Source of the DNA: Gemmatimonadota bacterium
GTDB taxonomy: Bacteria; Gemmatimonadota; Gemmatimonadetes; Palauibacterales; Palauibacteraceae
DNA: 64,000 nucleotides
Assembly: GCA_965116475.1 (NCBI GenBank)
Contig: OZ220691.1
Span: 1,088,001 to 1,152,000 of the forward strand
Direction: 5' to 3'
Below are positions 9,142-18,790 of this stretch, piece after piece (position 1 is the first letter of the stretch; the number at the start of each line of letters is the position of its first letter). The notes below the pieces were generated by a model. That model was not told the origin of the DNA. It saw only the letters and a list, made by a program, of their open reading frames with translations, and searched no databases. A program made the translations under genes and the position numbers.

Positions 9142-11178
9142 TCACGGCAGGCCCAGCGCCACGTACTCGGCCGGCTGCTCGCTCCCCCCGACCGCGACCA
9201 CGATGTACTGCTTCCCCTGGTGCAGGTACGTCATGGGCCCGCCCGTCGTCCCCGAAGGGAGTTCCGTCTCCCACACGACCTCTCCCGTCGCCTTGTCGTA
9301 GGCCCGGAAGGTCGTCCCCCAGTGCGTGTCCGGCGTCCCGATGACCGCGTCGCTCCCCTCGCCGATGAAGAGCAGCGAGCCCGTGACGAGCGGCGCCGGC
9401 CGGTTCGCGTTGCCCAGCGGAGGAAGGTCGAGGCCCTCGAGGAGCGGATGTTCGTTGGGTCCGTCGCCGTTCGCCGCAATCCACAGGTGCTCGCCCCGGT
9501 TCATGTCGATCGCCGTGATCCGTCCCCACGGCGGCTTCACGAGCGGCAGGCCCTCGATCTCGGCCCGCGGCCAACCCCCCTGCGTGCCGAACTCCATCTC
9601 CCCGGGTTCGGAGTTCTCGGACAGGCTCCAGACGTTCGGAAGCGTGTGCGACACCGCGAAGTAGACGCCCGTCTCGGGATCGAACGCGCCGGTGTTCCAG
9701 TTCCCCGCCCCCCATGCGCCGGGGATGACGTACGTCCCGATCTTCCCTTCCACCGACTCCCGTTCCATGGGCGGCGTGAACAGCGGGCCCATGACGAGCG
9801 AGTCCGCCAGCGCGAGCGCCCGCTCACGGATCTCCGGCGTGAAGTCGATCACATCTTCGGGCGTCACGCCCTGGCGGTCGAAGGCGGGCGGGCGGCTCGG
9901 AATCGGCTGCGTCGGCGACGTGGCCTCGCCCGGCACGGTCGACTGCGGCACCTCCACCTCGTCGATCGGCCACACCGGCTCTCCCGTCCGGCGGTCGAAG
10001 GTGTAGAGGAAGGCCGTCTTGCTCGCCTGCATCACCGCGTCGATCGCGCGCCCGTCCACGTGGATGCGGCCCAGCACGGGCGGGCCCACGGTGTCGTATT
10101 CCCAGATGTCGTGGTGCACCATCTGGAAATGCCACACGCGCTCGCCCGTCGCGGCGTCGAGCGCCACGAGGCTGTTCGAGAACAGGTTGTCGCCGGGCCG
10201 GTGCCCCCCGTAGTAGGCCGAAGTCGGCGCCGAGAGCGGCACGTAGACGTAGCCCAGTTCGTCGTCCGCGCTCAGGCAGCACCACGAGCCGAGATCGCCG
10301 GACTCCGCGAGCGACCCGCCCCCCCAGGTGTCCGCCCCGAACTCCCCCTCCTCCGGGATCACGTGGAACGTCCACAGGAGACGGCCGGTGCGGGCGTCGA
10401 AGCCGCGGATGTCCTCCCGCACGCTCCCCCGCCACTCCGTGCCTCCGTCGCCGGCCCCGTCGACGGTCCCCGCGAGGACGATGACGTCCCCGACGACGAT
10501 CGGCCCCGAACTCCAGCCGTACCGTCCCCCGGCCGGGAGTTGCAGATCCACGCGTCCGCCGTCTCCGAACGAGGCGACCGGTTCGCCCGTCGCCGCATCG
10601 AGCGCGTGCATCGAGGGTCCGCGCACCGAGATGATCCGCCCCGCGGAGTCCCCGTCACCGCCGTCGCCAGCGGCGCCTCCGCCCCCACCGCTCGTCCCGG
10701 AGCCGCGCCAGTAGGCGACGCCCCGGAAACTCCGGCCGCGCGCGTCCTCCTCCGACTCCGGCCGCTGGATCCAGCGCGTCTCCCCCGTACCCGGATCGAA
10801 GGCCTCGACAAGACCGACGGCGTTCGGCGCGTACAGCGTCCCTTCCACGAGGACGGGCGTCCCGCGCAGGTAGTTGTTGAAGCTGAGGTCCGGAAACTCG
10901 GCCGTCAGCGCGCCGTCGACGGCCGGCCGCCGCCACAGCACCTGCACCGCCGCCACGTTCTCACGGCCGATCTGCGTGAGCGGAGAATACCGGTTGAAGG
11001 AGTTCTGCCCGCCGTAGTACGTCCACTCATCACTCGGCGGCGGCAACCGGTCCGGATCCGCCCCGTCGCCGGTGCAGGCCACGACGGCGAACGCCGTCGC
11101 GATTCCTGCGAAGACCGTGCCCACCGCATGGAAATGACGCGTTTGTTGCGGATCACCCCTTCGTCGCCTCGCCGGCAT
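9142..11178 (-). CDS. PQQ-dependent (quinoprotein glucose dehydrogenase-like) beta-propeller enzyme
   Basis: RYSPLTQI, GFDARTGRLLWTF, WHFQMVHHDIWEYD, KPPWGRITAIDMN and PMTYLHQGKQYI. Start chosen at the ATG at 11178 after a GGAGG RBS. Confidence 0.88.
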   Translation of the reverse strand: MPARRRRGDPQQTRHFHAVGTVFAGIATAFAVVACTGDGADPDRLPPPSDEWTYYGGQNSFNRYSPLTQIGRENVAAVQVLWRRPAVDGALTAEFPDLSFNNYLRGTPVLVEGTLYAPNAVGLVEAFDPGTGETRWIQRPESEEDARGRSFRGVAYWRGSGTSGGGGGAAGDGGDGDSAGRIISVRGPSMHALDAATGEPVASFGDGGRVDLQLPAGGRYGWSSGPIVVGDVIVLAGTVDGAGDGGTEWRGSVREDIRGFDARTGRLLWTFHVIPEEGEFGADTWGGGSLAESGDLGSWCCLSADDELGYVYVPLSAPTSAYYGGHRPGDNLFSNSLVALDAATGERVWHFQMVHHDIWEYDTVGPPVLGRIHVDGRAIDAVMQASKTAFLYTFDRRTGEPVWPIDEVEVPQSTVPGEATSPTQPIPSRPPAFDRQGVTPEDVIDFTPEIRERALALADSLVMGPLFTPPMERESVEGKIGTYVIPGAWGAGNWNTGAFDPETGVYFAVSHTLPNVWSLSENSEPGEMEFGTQGGWPRAEIEGLPLVKPPWGRITAIDMNRGEHLWIAANGDGPNEHPLLEGLDLPPLGNANRPAPLVTGSLLFIGEGSDAVIGTPDTHWGTTFRAYDKATGEVVWETELPSGTTGGPMTYLHQGKQYIVVAVGGSEQPAEYVALGLP

Positions 11179-11303
11179 GGACCCCTCCGGGCGTTTGCGT
11201 GTTGATACCCCGTTGCGCCGTGCGGGCATCCTGATCCTGCAAGATCGTTCGCGAACCGGCTGAGCGGGAGGGGGTAACTGGATTGGTCCACATGGGGAGA
11301 TTA

Positions 11304-11324
11304 TGGTACATGATACCTGTACCA
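11304..11324. promoter_or_regulatory. Inverted repeat TGGTACA-N7-TGTACCA, probable YefM-YoeB autoregulatory operator
   Basis: Perfect 7-bp inverted repeat 30 nt upstream of the antitoxin ATG. yefM-yoeB operators are known to be GTAC-cored palindromes. Confidence 0.6.
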
Positions 11325-11354
11325 GTACCTGAGAACAGGATGAGGGAGTCGAAG

Positions 11355-11639
11355 ATGATTCGGGAGACGACCTACACCGGGGCCCGCAAGAACCTCGCCA
11401 CGTTGATGGACCAGGTCACCGACACGCACGAACCGGTCCTGATTCGGCGCCGCGGCAAGGCGCCGGTCGCCCTGATCGCCGCAGAAGACCTCAGTTCATG
11501 GATGGAGACGGTATACGTGCTCCGCTCACCGAAGAACGCCCAGAGACTGCGGGAAGCGATCGCCTGGGTCGAAAGCGGGCAGGGAGAGCCTGTGGACCTC
11601 GACGAGCTCGCCCAACGGCTTGGCCTTGAAGGCGCCTGA
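11355..11639 (+). CDS. yefM: Phd/YefM family antitoxin
   Basis: TYTGARKNLATLMDQV...EPVLIRRRGK...SWMETVYVLRSPKNAQRL. ATG at 11355. Confidence 0.9.
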   Translation: MIRETTYTGARKNLATLMDQVTDTHEPVLIRRRGKAPVALIAAEDLSSWMETVYVLRSPKNAQRLREAIAWVESGQGEPVDLDELAQRLGLEGA

Positions 11640-11907
11640 CGGAAAGAGCACGCGGGACGCCGTCCTCGCGCCTCAGTGTCTGCGGGATCTGGAGTATTGG
11701 ACCCGGACGAAACCCAAGCGAGCTCGACGGGTGTTCAAGCTCGTTCGGTCGACGCTGCGAGATCCGTTCGACGGCCTCGGAAAGCCGGAACCGCTACGCG
11801 GAGAGTTCGCCGGTTCGTGGTCCCGCCGAATCGACGGCGAGCATCGCTTGATCTATCGGGTCACGGCCACGCGAGTCTACTTCCTGTCCGCCCGAGATCA
11901 CTACTGA
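11620..11907 (+). CDS. yoeB: Txe/YoeB family toxin
   Basis: DPFDGLGKPEPLRG...WSRRIDGEHRLIY...ARDHY. Overlaps the antitoxin end. Confidence 0.92.
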   Translation: MALKAPDGKSTRDAVLAPQCLRDLEYWTRTKPKRARRVFKLVRSTLRDPFDGLGKPEPLRGEFAGSWSRRIDGEHRLIYRVTATRVYFLSARDHY

Positions 11908-11958
11908 GCCGACGGTCAGGTTTTCCGGCGGATACCGCCACGAGAGGATGAGGATCAG

Positions 11959-12855
11959 ATGAGGGAGATCAGCTTTTTTGGATCGTTACGGCGGCAGGTC
12001 ACCGGAGTCCTCGCGGTCTGTCTGGGTTCGCCGGGCGCCGCTGTCGCCCAGAACGTCTTCGCCTCCACCCAGTCCGCGACCCTGCCGACCGCGGCCTCCT
12101 CGCGCGCGGGCGACCTGCACATCGAAATCTCCCACCGGTTCGGCTACGTGTCGGGCGGTGCGAGCGACCTTTGGGGCCTCGACGGATTCGTGCTGAATCG
12201 CCTCGGGCTGGCGTTCACGCCCCAGGACCACGTCACCATCGGCGTGCTTCGTTCCAACAGCCTGGACAACCTCGAGTTCAACGCCCGTTTCGCCGGGCTG
12301 CGGCTCGACGGCGCCACCGGTCCGGTCGAGTTCGCTGCGCAGACCGGAATGGCGTGGAACCTGCAAGTCGAGCCGGACGACAGCCACGCCGGTCACGAGC
12401 ATGCGCTCGCACCCCGCGCCAGCGTGTATGGCGGCGGCCGTTACGACGGCATGGCCGCGGACAACGAGATGCAGGCCTACGTTCAGGTGATCGCCAACGC
12501 CAGGGTCGCGGATCGCGTCGCACTCGGTGTCGTGCCCACGCTTCTCTGGAATCCGCGAATCGAAGATCCCGACCGGGAGACCGCGGTCTCAGTCGGTGCG
12601 ACCGGCCAGATCTACCTCAGCCGCATGTGGAGCGTCTTCGGCGAGTGGATCTTCAGCGGCGCGAGGGAGGATCAGGAGTACGACTCCGCCTCTTTCGGCG
12701 TCGAAATCCGCACGCCTGGACACTTCTTCAAGATCGTCGTCACGAATCAGCACCGGATGAATCCGACGCATACGCTCGCCGGCGCCGCCGAGGACTTCCT
12801 TGACACGAACTCGTGGCGCCTCGGCTTCAACATCCAGCGAAGACTCCGGCTGTAG
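11959..12855 (+). CDS. Outer-membrane beta-barrel protein (DUF5777-like)
   Basis: Signal peptide, EISHRFG, GVEIRTPGHFFKIVVTN and a C-terminal RLGFNIQR strand. Confidence 0.7.
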   Translation: MREISFFGSLRRQVTGVLAVCLGSPGAAVAQNVFASTQSATLPTAASSRAGDLHIEISHRFGYVSGGASDLWGLDGFVLNRLGLAFTPQDHVTIGVLRSNSLDNLEFNARFAGLRLDGATGPVEFAAQTGMAWNLQVEPDDSHAGHEHALAPRASVYGGGRYDGMAADNEMQAYVQVIANARVADRVALGVVPTLLWNPRIEDPDRETAVSVGATGQIYLSRMWSVFGEWIFSGAREDQEYDSASFGVEIRTPGHFFKIVVTNQHRMNPTHTLAGAAEDFLDTNSWRLGFNIQRRLRL

Positions 12856-13230
12856 CGGCTCGGCGTAGAAGGACACGAGCATCGTGTGGCCGGGGTGGTG
12901 GCGCTGCAGGCGGGTGCCCAGCGACATCCCTTCTACGGGATTGTAGCGCCAAAAAGCCGAACTTGAACGGGTCCCCCAGCGGGTCGGCCGCGAACCGCTC
13001 CATCCGCAGCCCGCTGAAGAACTCCGAATCGTCGGGATCGAAGATTGGCTGCCGGAGCCGTGCCGCGAGCACATGCACGATGGCGGGCTCGTCACGCGAC
13101 CACCGCACGCGGGCCGTGCGTTCGCCGTGCAGCGAGGGACGATTGCGTTCGTAGGAGGGCACCTCGCCGCCGATCCGCTCGCGGAGCAGCGCGGTGTACG
13201 AGTCGATCGTCAGGCGCGCGGAGCCCTGGG
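12856..13230 (-). pseudogene. Remnant of a larger outer-membrane or secreted protein gene (no start, frame switch)
   Basis: One frame reads ARLTIDSYTALLRERIGGEVP...RVRWSRDEPAIVHVL...DPFKFGF. At the T5 run near 12951-12955 the protein-like signal moves to another frame (FWRYNPVEGMSLGTRLQ). Confidence 0.45.
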
Positions 13231-13232
13231 GT

Positions 13233-13625
13233 TCAGAGCTTCCCGCACCGCTCCAGCAAGTGCTCGGCGTCGGCGATGGCTTCCCGCGCTGGCGCCCGGT
13301 CTCGATGCTCCCCGACCCTCGCGACCTTTACCTGGATCACGTTGTCCGGGTTGTCGTCCACCGTACTCGCGCTGATGTAGTTCACGACCAGCGCGTCAGT
13401 GATCAGACGGCCAGTCGGGAAGCTTTCGCGTGTACGCATGCGTTCCGCCCTCATGAACCCGAGTGAACGATCACCGGCGGTGATCATGTATCCGAGACGC
13501 TGCAACGTCACGCGAACGCAGTCGAGCCCATCAGCTTGCACACTTGCCGGACGTGTCATGATCAGGGGTTGTACTGCACAGGCCATCGTTGCCGTCACGG
13601 CGATGGACAGCGCAAGGCGTTTCAT
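13233..13625 (-). CDS. Small putative lipoprotein, function unknown
   Basis: GGAGG RBS, an MKRLALSIAVTATMAC signal/lipobox-like N-terminus, 130 aa. Confidence 0.65.
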   Translation of the reverse strand: MKRLALSIAVTATMACAVQPLIMTRPASVQADGLDCVRVTLQRLGYMITAGDRSLGFMRAERMRTRESFPTGRLITDALVVNYISASTVDDNPDNVIQVKVARVGEHRDRAPAREAIADAEHLLERCGKL

Positions 13626-13769
13626 CGTTGCCTCCAGGAGTCGCGAACCCGGTTCCCTCCGAAGCCGGAGGTCTGCCCGTCATCCCGATGACGCGAGAAC
13701 CTGCTGCACGGTCACATCGCCGGAAGAGATCGAAGGCTTTCAGAGACGCATCGGCGCCAAGCAATCGGC

Positions 13770-13913
13770 TTACCGGACCACGGGCTGGAGCTTGCCGCAC
13801 TCGTACTCCGGCGGTGCCTCGGCACCGAGGAGGTGGCGACGAAGTAGTCCCAGCGGCGGCGCATCATGTAGGGCTCGTTGCCGAAGCCTTGGCCCCGGTT
13901 GCGGAGCAGCAGC
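13770..13913 (-). repeat. Degenerate second copy of the 3' end (about 47 codons) of the S9 peptidase gene at 20852-20995
   Basis: Shares GACGAAGTAGTCCCAGCGGCGGCGCATCATGTAGGGCTCGTTGCCGAA exactly with the intact gene. Encodes ...EYECGKLQPVVR* versus ...QYEFGKLQPLVP*, and has a 1-nt deletion. Confidence 0.9.
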
Positions 13914-14099
13914 GGGCCCGAACGAGCAGCGGAAGGGGCACTCTGGTCACGGGCCTATCGTTTCGGTCCACCGCTTGAATCCGTGGCCACACCACGACTA
14001 GTTTCTGACGAACCGGCACCATCGGAGCCGCGCGCGTCAACCGACGCTTGATCGGTGGGCTCTAGCGATCCAAGAGGGAGAACTCAAGGAGGTAGCGCG

Positions 14100-14828
14100 G
14101 TGCGGAATTCGAACGGTGCCATTCCGGCGATCAGCTTGTTCACCGGTGCGGGGGGCTTGGACCTTGGGTTCGCGAGGGCAGGTTTCGACATACGTGTCGC
14201 GGTCGAAACCGACCCGGCCGCGGTGGCTACACTTCGCCGCAACTGGCGAAGTACACCCGTAATCACGCGCGGGCTCGAAGAGGTATCAACCGGTACGCTA
14301 CTCGACAAGGCCGATCTGAGCGTCGGGGAGGTGGGTATGGTCTTCGGCGGTCCTCCTTGCCAGTCCTTTTGCATCGCCGGAAACGGCCGCGGGCTTGAAG
14401 ACCCGCGCGGGCAGCTGTTGCTTGAGTTTTGTCGCGTTGTCCGTGAAGCACGGCCCAGCGTGTTCCTGATCGAAAACGTGCCGGGACTGCTCCGCGTACC
14501 CCATATCGCTAGTGCAATCCATGACGCCGTGAACCGCAGCTCAGGATCGGACTACCACGTCTCACACGACATTCTCAACGCCGCGGAGTACGGCGTACCG
14601 CAGCACCGGAAGCGGGTCTTCTTTGTCGGCTGGAGGGAATCCGGCGACTTCTATTTTCCGAAGCCGACGCACTACGTGGAAGGCCGACGTCGCCACAGCG
14701 GACTCAAGCCCGCTGTCACTGTCGCGCAAGCTTTATGGGGGCTACCCGAGCCGGATCCGCCATCTGCAATAGCCTATCGTGTTGCAAAGACAATTCCCGA
14801 TCGGAATCGGCAATGGTACGGAAAGTAA
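14100..14828 (+). CDS. C5-cytosine DNA methyltransferase, alpha subunit (motifs I-VIII) of a split M.AquI-like enzyme
   Basis: AAGGAGG RBS before the GTG at 14100. Motif I SLFTGAGG, motif IV GGPPCQSF, motif VI ENVPGL and motif VIII PQHRKRVF. Motifs IX and X are absent. Confidence 0.9.
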   Translation: MRNSNGAIPAISLFTGAGGLDLGFARAGFDIRVAVETDPAAVATLRRNWRSTPVITRGLEEVSTGTLLDKADLSVGEVGMVFGGPPCQSFCIAGNGRGLEDPRGQLLLEFCRVVREARPSVFLIENVPGLLRVPHIASAIHDAVNRSSGSDYHVSHDILNAAEYGVPQHRKRVFFVGWRESGDFYFPKPTHYVEGRRRHSGLKPAVTVAQALWGLPEPDPPSAIAYRVAKTIPDRNRQWYGK

Positions 14829-15886
14829 CGAACCACCAAGCCACTGCCCACGCGGACACTACTCTCGAAAAGATCCGCCTCGTTCGTGAGGGCAAGCGGC
14901 TATCCGGTCGACACAGCGCCTTCGGAGCCGCCTACCGACTCCTAGACCCCGAAAAGCCTTCACCTACGGTAACACGTAGTGGTTTTCGAGATTTCATCCA
15001 TCCTACTGAAGATCGACTCTGTACTGTTCGAGAGCTCGCGCGGCTCCAGACCTTCCCGGACAACTATGTGCTCGAAGGGCGTAGGTGCGACACCTACGCC
15101 GGCAGTCGCTATAGGCAACAAACCCAACACGAACAACTTGGCAATGCCGTACCCCCTCGACTCGCGTATGCACTCGCCGGAGCGATTAGGCGGCAGCTCT
15201 TCGACAGACGGGATCCTCCATCTCTCGTTCGCCCGATTTCCCCAACTGTGTTTCGCCAACTTGACTCCACATATCCGGACACGGATCTAGGGAACAAACT
15301 CAACCCTCTTGATGAACTCATCTATATCATCCTTTCAAGGCGAACCAAGGAGAATCAGTACCAAGAGGCGTATCGGAATTTGCGTCGTATATATCGCGGC
15401 TGGAGTCGTGTGCTCGAAGCTGATTTGGAGGAGGTCGAACAACTCTTGCAACCAGTCGGTCTCGCTCGCCAGAAGGCACGAGCGATCAAAGCGCTGCTTA
15501 CTACTGTCCAAGCTGATATGGGTCGCGTGTCTTTAGCATCTCTAAAATCTGCTTCTGATTCCGCCGCTTATCATTACCTCCGGTCGCTACCCGGCGTGAG
15601 CGACAACACGGCCAAGTGTGTTATGCTGTACTCACTCGGCCGTGATGTTCTCCCCGTCGACACACACACATATCGCGTGTCACGACGTCTTGGCCTGATC
15701 CCACAATCCGTATCGTACTACCGGTCGCCGCGCTTACTAGCGAAAGCAGTACCACGCCCCTTGCGGCGACGATATCACATCGTGTCAATCCTACACGGCC
15801 GGAAGGTCTGCAGAGCTCACTCGCCACGCTGTGACGTCTGCCCGGTGACGAACAGTTGTCCGCACTCCACCCACCCCAAGCTCTAG
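14813..15886 (+). CDS. C5-MTase beta subunit (TRD + motifs IX-X) fused to an HhH-GPD/endonuclease III-like glycosylase with a 4Fe-4S motif
   Basis: ATG at 14813 overlaps the alpha gene end. Motif IX RLCTVRELARLQTFPD and motif X EQLGNAVPP. Then PLDELIYIILSRRT, HhH LPGVSDNTA, VDTH and CRAHSPRCDVCPVTNSC. Confidence 0.88.
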   Translation: MVRKVTNHQATAHADTTLEKIRLVREGKRLSGRHSAFGAAYRLLDPEKPSPTVTRSGFRDFIHPTEDRLCTVRELARLQTFPDNYVLEGRRCDTYAGSRYRQQTQHEQLGNAVPPRLAYALAGAIRRQLFDRRDPPSLVRPISPTVFRQLDSTYPDTDLGNKLNPLDELIYIILSRRTKENQYQEAYRNLRRIYRGWSRVLEADLEEVEQLLQPVGLARQKARAIKALLTTVQADMGRVSLASLKSASDSAAYHYLRSLPGVSDNTAKCVMLYSLGRDVLPVDTHTYRVSRRLGLIPQSVSYYRSPRLLAKAVPRPLRRRYHIVSILHGRKVCRAHSPRCDVCPVTNSCPHSTHPKL

Positions 15887-18144
15887 TTATACGCCGGCGT
15901 TAGCGCCTCATGGGCAAGCTCAATGCACTCGGCCAGGCATTGGTATCGGAAGTCGTCATAGTCTACTGGGTCGACGGAATTGTCAGGACCCCAGCCAAGG
16001 TTCGGAAGTTCGTCCTGCAGCCGCCGGGCGACGAATGCCTCGCAGATTATCTCTGCGATTATAGCCCTAGCCTGTGGATCCTTTTGGCCCGGCCACTTTT
16101 CGCCTGTGCTCGGATCAAGATCCGGGCCGAGCACTCGTGCAAGAGTCGCATGTCTTGCCGCAATCTGCACCAAATATGAATCTGTCGCGTCCCACCTGAA
16201 TCGACGACCCGGCGCGCCGAAGTGAGACACATCTTCAAACTTGAAGTTGATCCTAGGCTTGCCGCCGATCTCGCGAAACACGATGATCGCGTCGTCCTTG
16301 TGGTGCTCCAGCTGAGCCTTCAGCACGGCCTTTGCCTCGGTATCTGAGACCGCTCGCACTGACGCCGTAGCAACTCCAAGACGACCATCGAACTCTAGCG
16401 TGACGTGCGACCGATTCAATGAGACATCGCCGTGGCGAGGGGTTACATGAACCGTCGCCCCATCCAGCGAAGGATCGGCGTAGATCGTAATGTGCTTGTT
16501 TCGTCCGGGGATTGATGTATAGCGACGTTGTGAAAACTGAAGATCTTGATCCAAGTCGATGACGCCCTCGATTTGGTCGCGTACTGCCACTTTGAGGATG
16601 TGAACGGCGCTCTCGGCACAAATCTCGATCGTCGCGAGATCCGTCAACTGATCGCCGCTGACCTCGACGGAACCACGAAACACGCCAGGGTGCTCGTCCA
16701 TCAGTTGAAGTTCGATTGTGTCGTGAGACACAAACAGATTACCCGCCGTCGCAGCGATCTCACACTCGACGACACGGTCTCCATCGGCCTCTTTCCGATA
16801 GTAGATTCCCAACCGCTTCGCTTTACCGATCTCAAGACGGAGAGTAGCTGGGATTACGGTTAGGCCCATCTGGAGCTCCGGCCCGGACCCTGGTCCTTCG
16901 GGTGTGTCGAGCTTTTCCGCCAACTGCTCGCCCAACCTATCTAGCGCCTGCCGGAGCTCAGAACCAACGCGTTGCTCGGTCGGCGGAGTTAGTTCCTTTT
17001 GAAGCTCGGATAACGCCTTCTCGATCACAGGACGGACTGCATCGTGAACCGCATGCACAAAAGGATGTTCGCCATTCAGCCCTAAGCGATCAGGATCGGT
17101 CACCTGTGTCGGATTGAAAGCATCGCGTTGTATGCTTGGGTCCGCCTCTCGAGCCCGCTCGAATTCGTCATACTGCAGCAGAAGTTCGGGGACGTGAGGG
17201 AGATACAACTCCCCGAACAGATGTTGGCCCGCTAGTGTGTCCGATCCTCGCGCACCCAGGAAGCCGATATCGTGCCCCGTCCTGCCGTCGACGATGAGGA
17301 CCCCGCCCTCGCTTTTCCACAGGCGGGTGATCGAACGTCCGCCTAACCGCAATGTCTCTTCAGATCTCTGGAGCAATAGCCGAGCGCGTTGCCCGTCCGA
17401 ATACGTAACGAACTCCGGCAGCTCCATATCTTCCTCCACCAGCACCGCGCCTACCGGCATGAACCCCTCTATAAAACGATCTCGACCGACCCTCCCCCCT
17501 CTCATCTCCCTCATCTGTAGCGGGATGAGCGGCAAACCCTGCGGGTGATATCGTATCTCAACGTGTCGCTCCAGGTCCCCGGCAAGCGTATCGAAACGTG
17601 GCTTCGTGATGTCGGCGAACGGCCTAAGCGTTACGACGGTCCCGTTCCCCGCGTGCAGCTCCAGACGCGCTCGCACGTCATCATCCGCCGCCGCCGAAAT
17701 CACTACTTTCGATCGTCGTCCCTCAACCACCTTGCATGCGGAGTAACGATCGCCATGAATGCTCTCGAACAACACTTCCCCTAGCACGCCGACATCCTTG
17801 GCACCTCTCGCGTTGAGTCCTCGCACCGTCGCACTGTCGAAGCTACTCGCAGGATCGCCATACTGTAGGAGACGATCCTCCATAACCTCACGGCTCATCC
17901 CCTCGAATCGATCTCGAATGACAAGGCACTCCTGGCCTCGCGTCGTGTCGTAGTCAAGAACAATCGGCCGTGCGACCAATTCTCTCTCTTGTAGCTCACC
18001 CTTCTCAACCAGGCGGTACGCAGAATCTCGCGCATTGGTTATTAGCTCGACGAGTCCCCGGACAACGAATCCGCTCATAGCACGTGACGCGTTGCGTCTC
18101 AAATAACGTGCCGCGACTGGCAGGTCGATCATTTCGTCAGGCAT
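15883..18144 (-). CDS. GHKL (MORC/Hsp90-like) ATPase with a long beta-rich C-terminal region
   Basis: N-box LVELITNARDS, G1-like IRDRFEGMS, G2-like RGLNARGAKD and GNGTVVTL. 753 aa. The stop overlaps the convergent gene at CTAG. Confidence 0.78.
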   Translation of the reverse strand: MPDEMIDLPVAARYLRRNASRAMSGFVVRGLVELITNARDSAYRLVEKGELQERELVARPIVLDYDTTRGQECLVIRDRFEGMSREVMEDRLLQYGDPASSFDSATVRGLNARGAKDVGVLGEVLFESIHGDRYSACKVVEGRRSKVVISAAADDDVRARLELHAGNGTVVTLRPFADITKPRFDTLAGDLERHVEIRYHPQGLPLIPLQMREMRGGRVGRDRFIEGFMPVGAVLVEEDMELPEFVTYSDGQRARLLLQRSEETLRLGGRSITRLWKSEGGVLIVDGRTGHDIGFLGARGSDTLAGQHLFGELYLPHVPELLLQYDEFERAREADPSIQRDAFNPTQVTDPDRLGLNGEHPFVHAVHDAVRPVIEKALSELQKELTPPTEQRVGSELRQALDRLGEQLAEKLDTPEGPGSGPELQMGLTVIPATLRLEIGKAKRLGIYYRKEADGDRVVECEIAATAGNLFVSHDTIELQLMDEHPGVFRGSVEVSGDQLTDLATIEICAESAVHILKVAVRDQIEGVIDLDQDLQFSQRRYTSIPGRNKHITIYADPSLDGATVHVTPRHGDVSLNRSHVTLEFDGRLGVATASVRAVSDTEAKAVLKAQLEHHKDDAIIVFREIGGKPRINFKFEDVSHFGAPGRRFRWDATDSYLVQIAARHATLARVLGPDLDPSTGEKWPGQKDPQARAIIAEIICEAFVARRLQDELPNLGWGPDNSVDPVDYDDFRYQCLAECIELAHEALTPAYN

Positions 18145-18166
18145 GACGTAATCTCACGCGATAAGG

Positions 18167-18775
18167 TTAGAGGTCGAACTGCTTTCTACCTTCCTGAATG
18201 AAGCGTGTGAGCCTACGGCTCTCTTCTCGATCGGGCAACCCCTCGATTGTACGTTCGACACGGGCCAATCTCCCAGAGGCCACAAAAGGGGAGGCGTCGG
18301 GAAAGAGCTTAAGAGCAGCGAGAAACGCATCCCGACCAATCGCCTGCATCCTTCTTCCGGCTTGAAACTGTCCGAAGGCGTCGGAATCGACGATCGGCTG
18401 AATCAACCGTGAGTAATCCACCGGTCGCTTCGTCGCGGTTACGTTGTGTCGCTCGTGGACAGCTTTGAGTCCTCGGGCTCGTTCTATCCCCGGGCGCGTG
18501 AGAGCGAATCGTTTGATCCGACCCATTCGATCACCCGCTGTCTTCCGCATGTCCTGATCTGTCACTAACTTCCCTGCCCGCGACTTCTTCGCTTCAGAAA
18601 GGTGAACCCTAACAGCATCTTTGTCTGGAAAATCCGGGTAGCGGCGCCAACAGAAAAGGGCGGGAAACATCTCGTGAGCCTTTACCGCGATCGCCTCCAG
18701 GTCGCTCTCCCCGCCGAGTTCGTAGAGCGCCAGAACAACCAGTAACGTCTTGTTTACTTCTGCGTTGTCATTCAC
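18167..18775 (-). CDS. Putative winged-helix DNA-binding protein (Mrr-N/HARE-HTH-like)
   Basis: LLVVLALYELGGESDLEAIAVKA...VRVHLSEAKK...FALTRPG follows a wHTH pattern. Gaps of 15-22 nt to its neighbours. Confidence 0.6.
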   Translation of the reverse strand: MNDNAEVNKTLLVVLALYELGGESDLEAIAVKAHEMFPALFCWRRYPDFPDKDAVRVHLSEAKKSRAGKLVTDQDMRKTAGDRMGRIKRFALTRPGIERARGLKAVHERHNVTATKRPVDYSRLIQPIVDSDAFGQFQAGRRMQAIGRDAFLAALKLFPDASPFVASGRLARVERTIEGLPDREESRRLTRFIQEGRKQFDL

Positions 18776-18790
18776 TATCTGAATCCTAGA

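Noticed and set aside
5321-11178. Choice-of-anchor B, acyltransferase and PQQ genes as part of the RiPP cluster
   Set aside because: They are co-oriented but belong to common stand-alone families, with no RiPP recognition feature visible.
14813-14828. Methyltransferase break interpreted as a pseudogenising frameshift
   Set aside because: The second ORF has its own ATG, both halves keep intact motifs, and the split position matches the natural M.AquI arrangement as recalled. A read check is still advisable.
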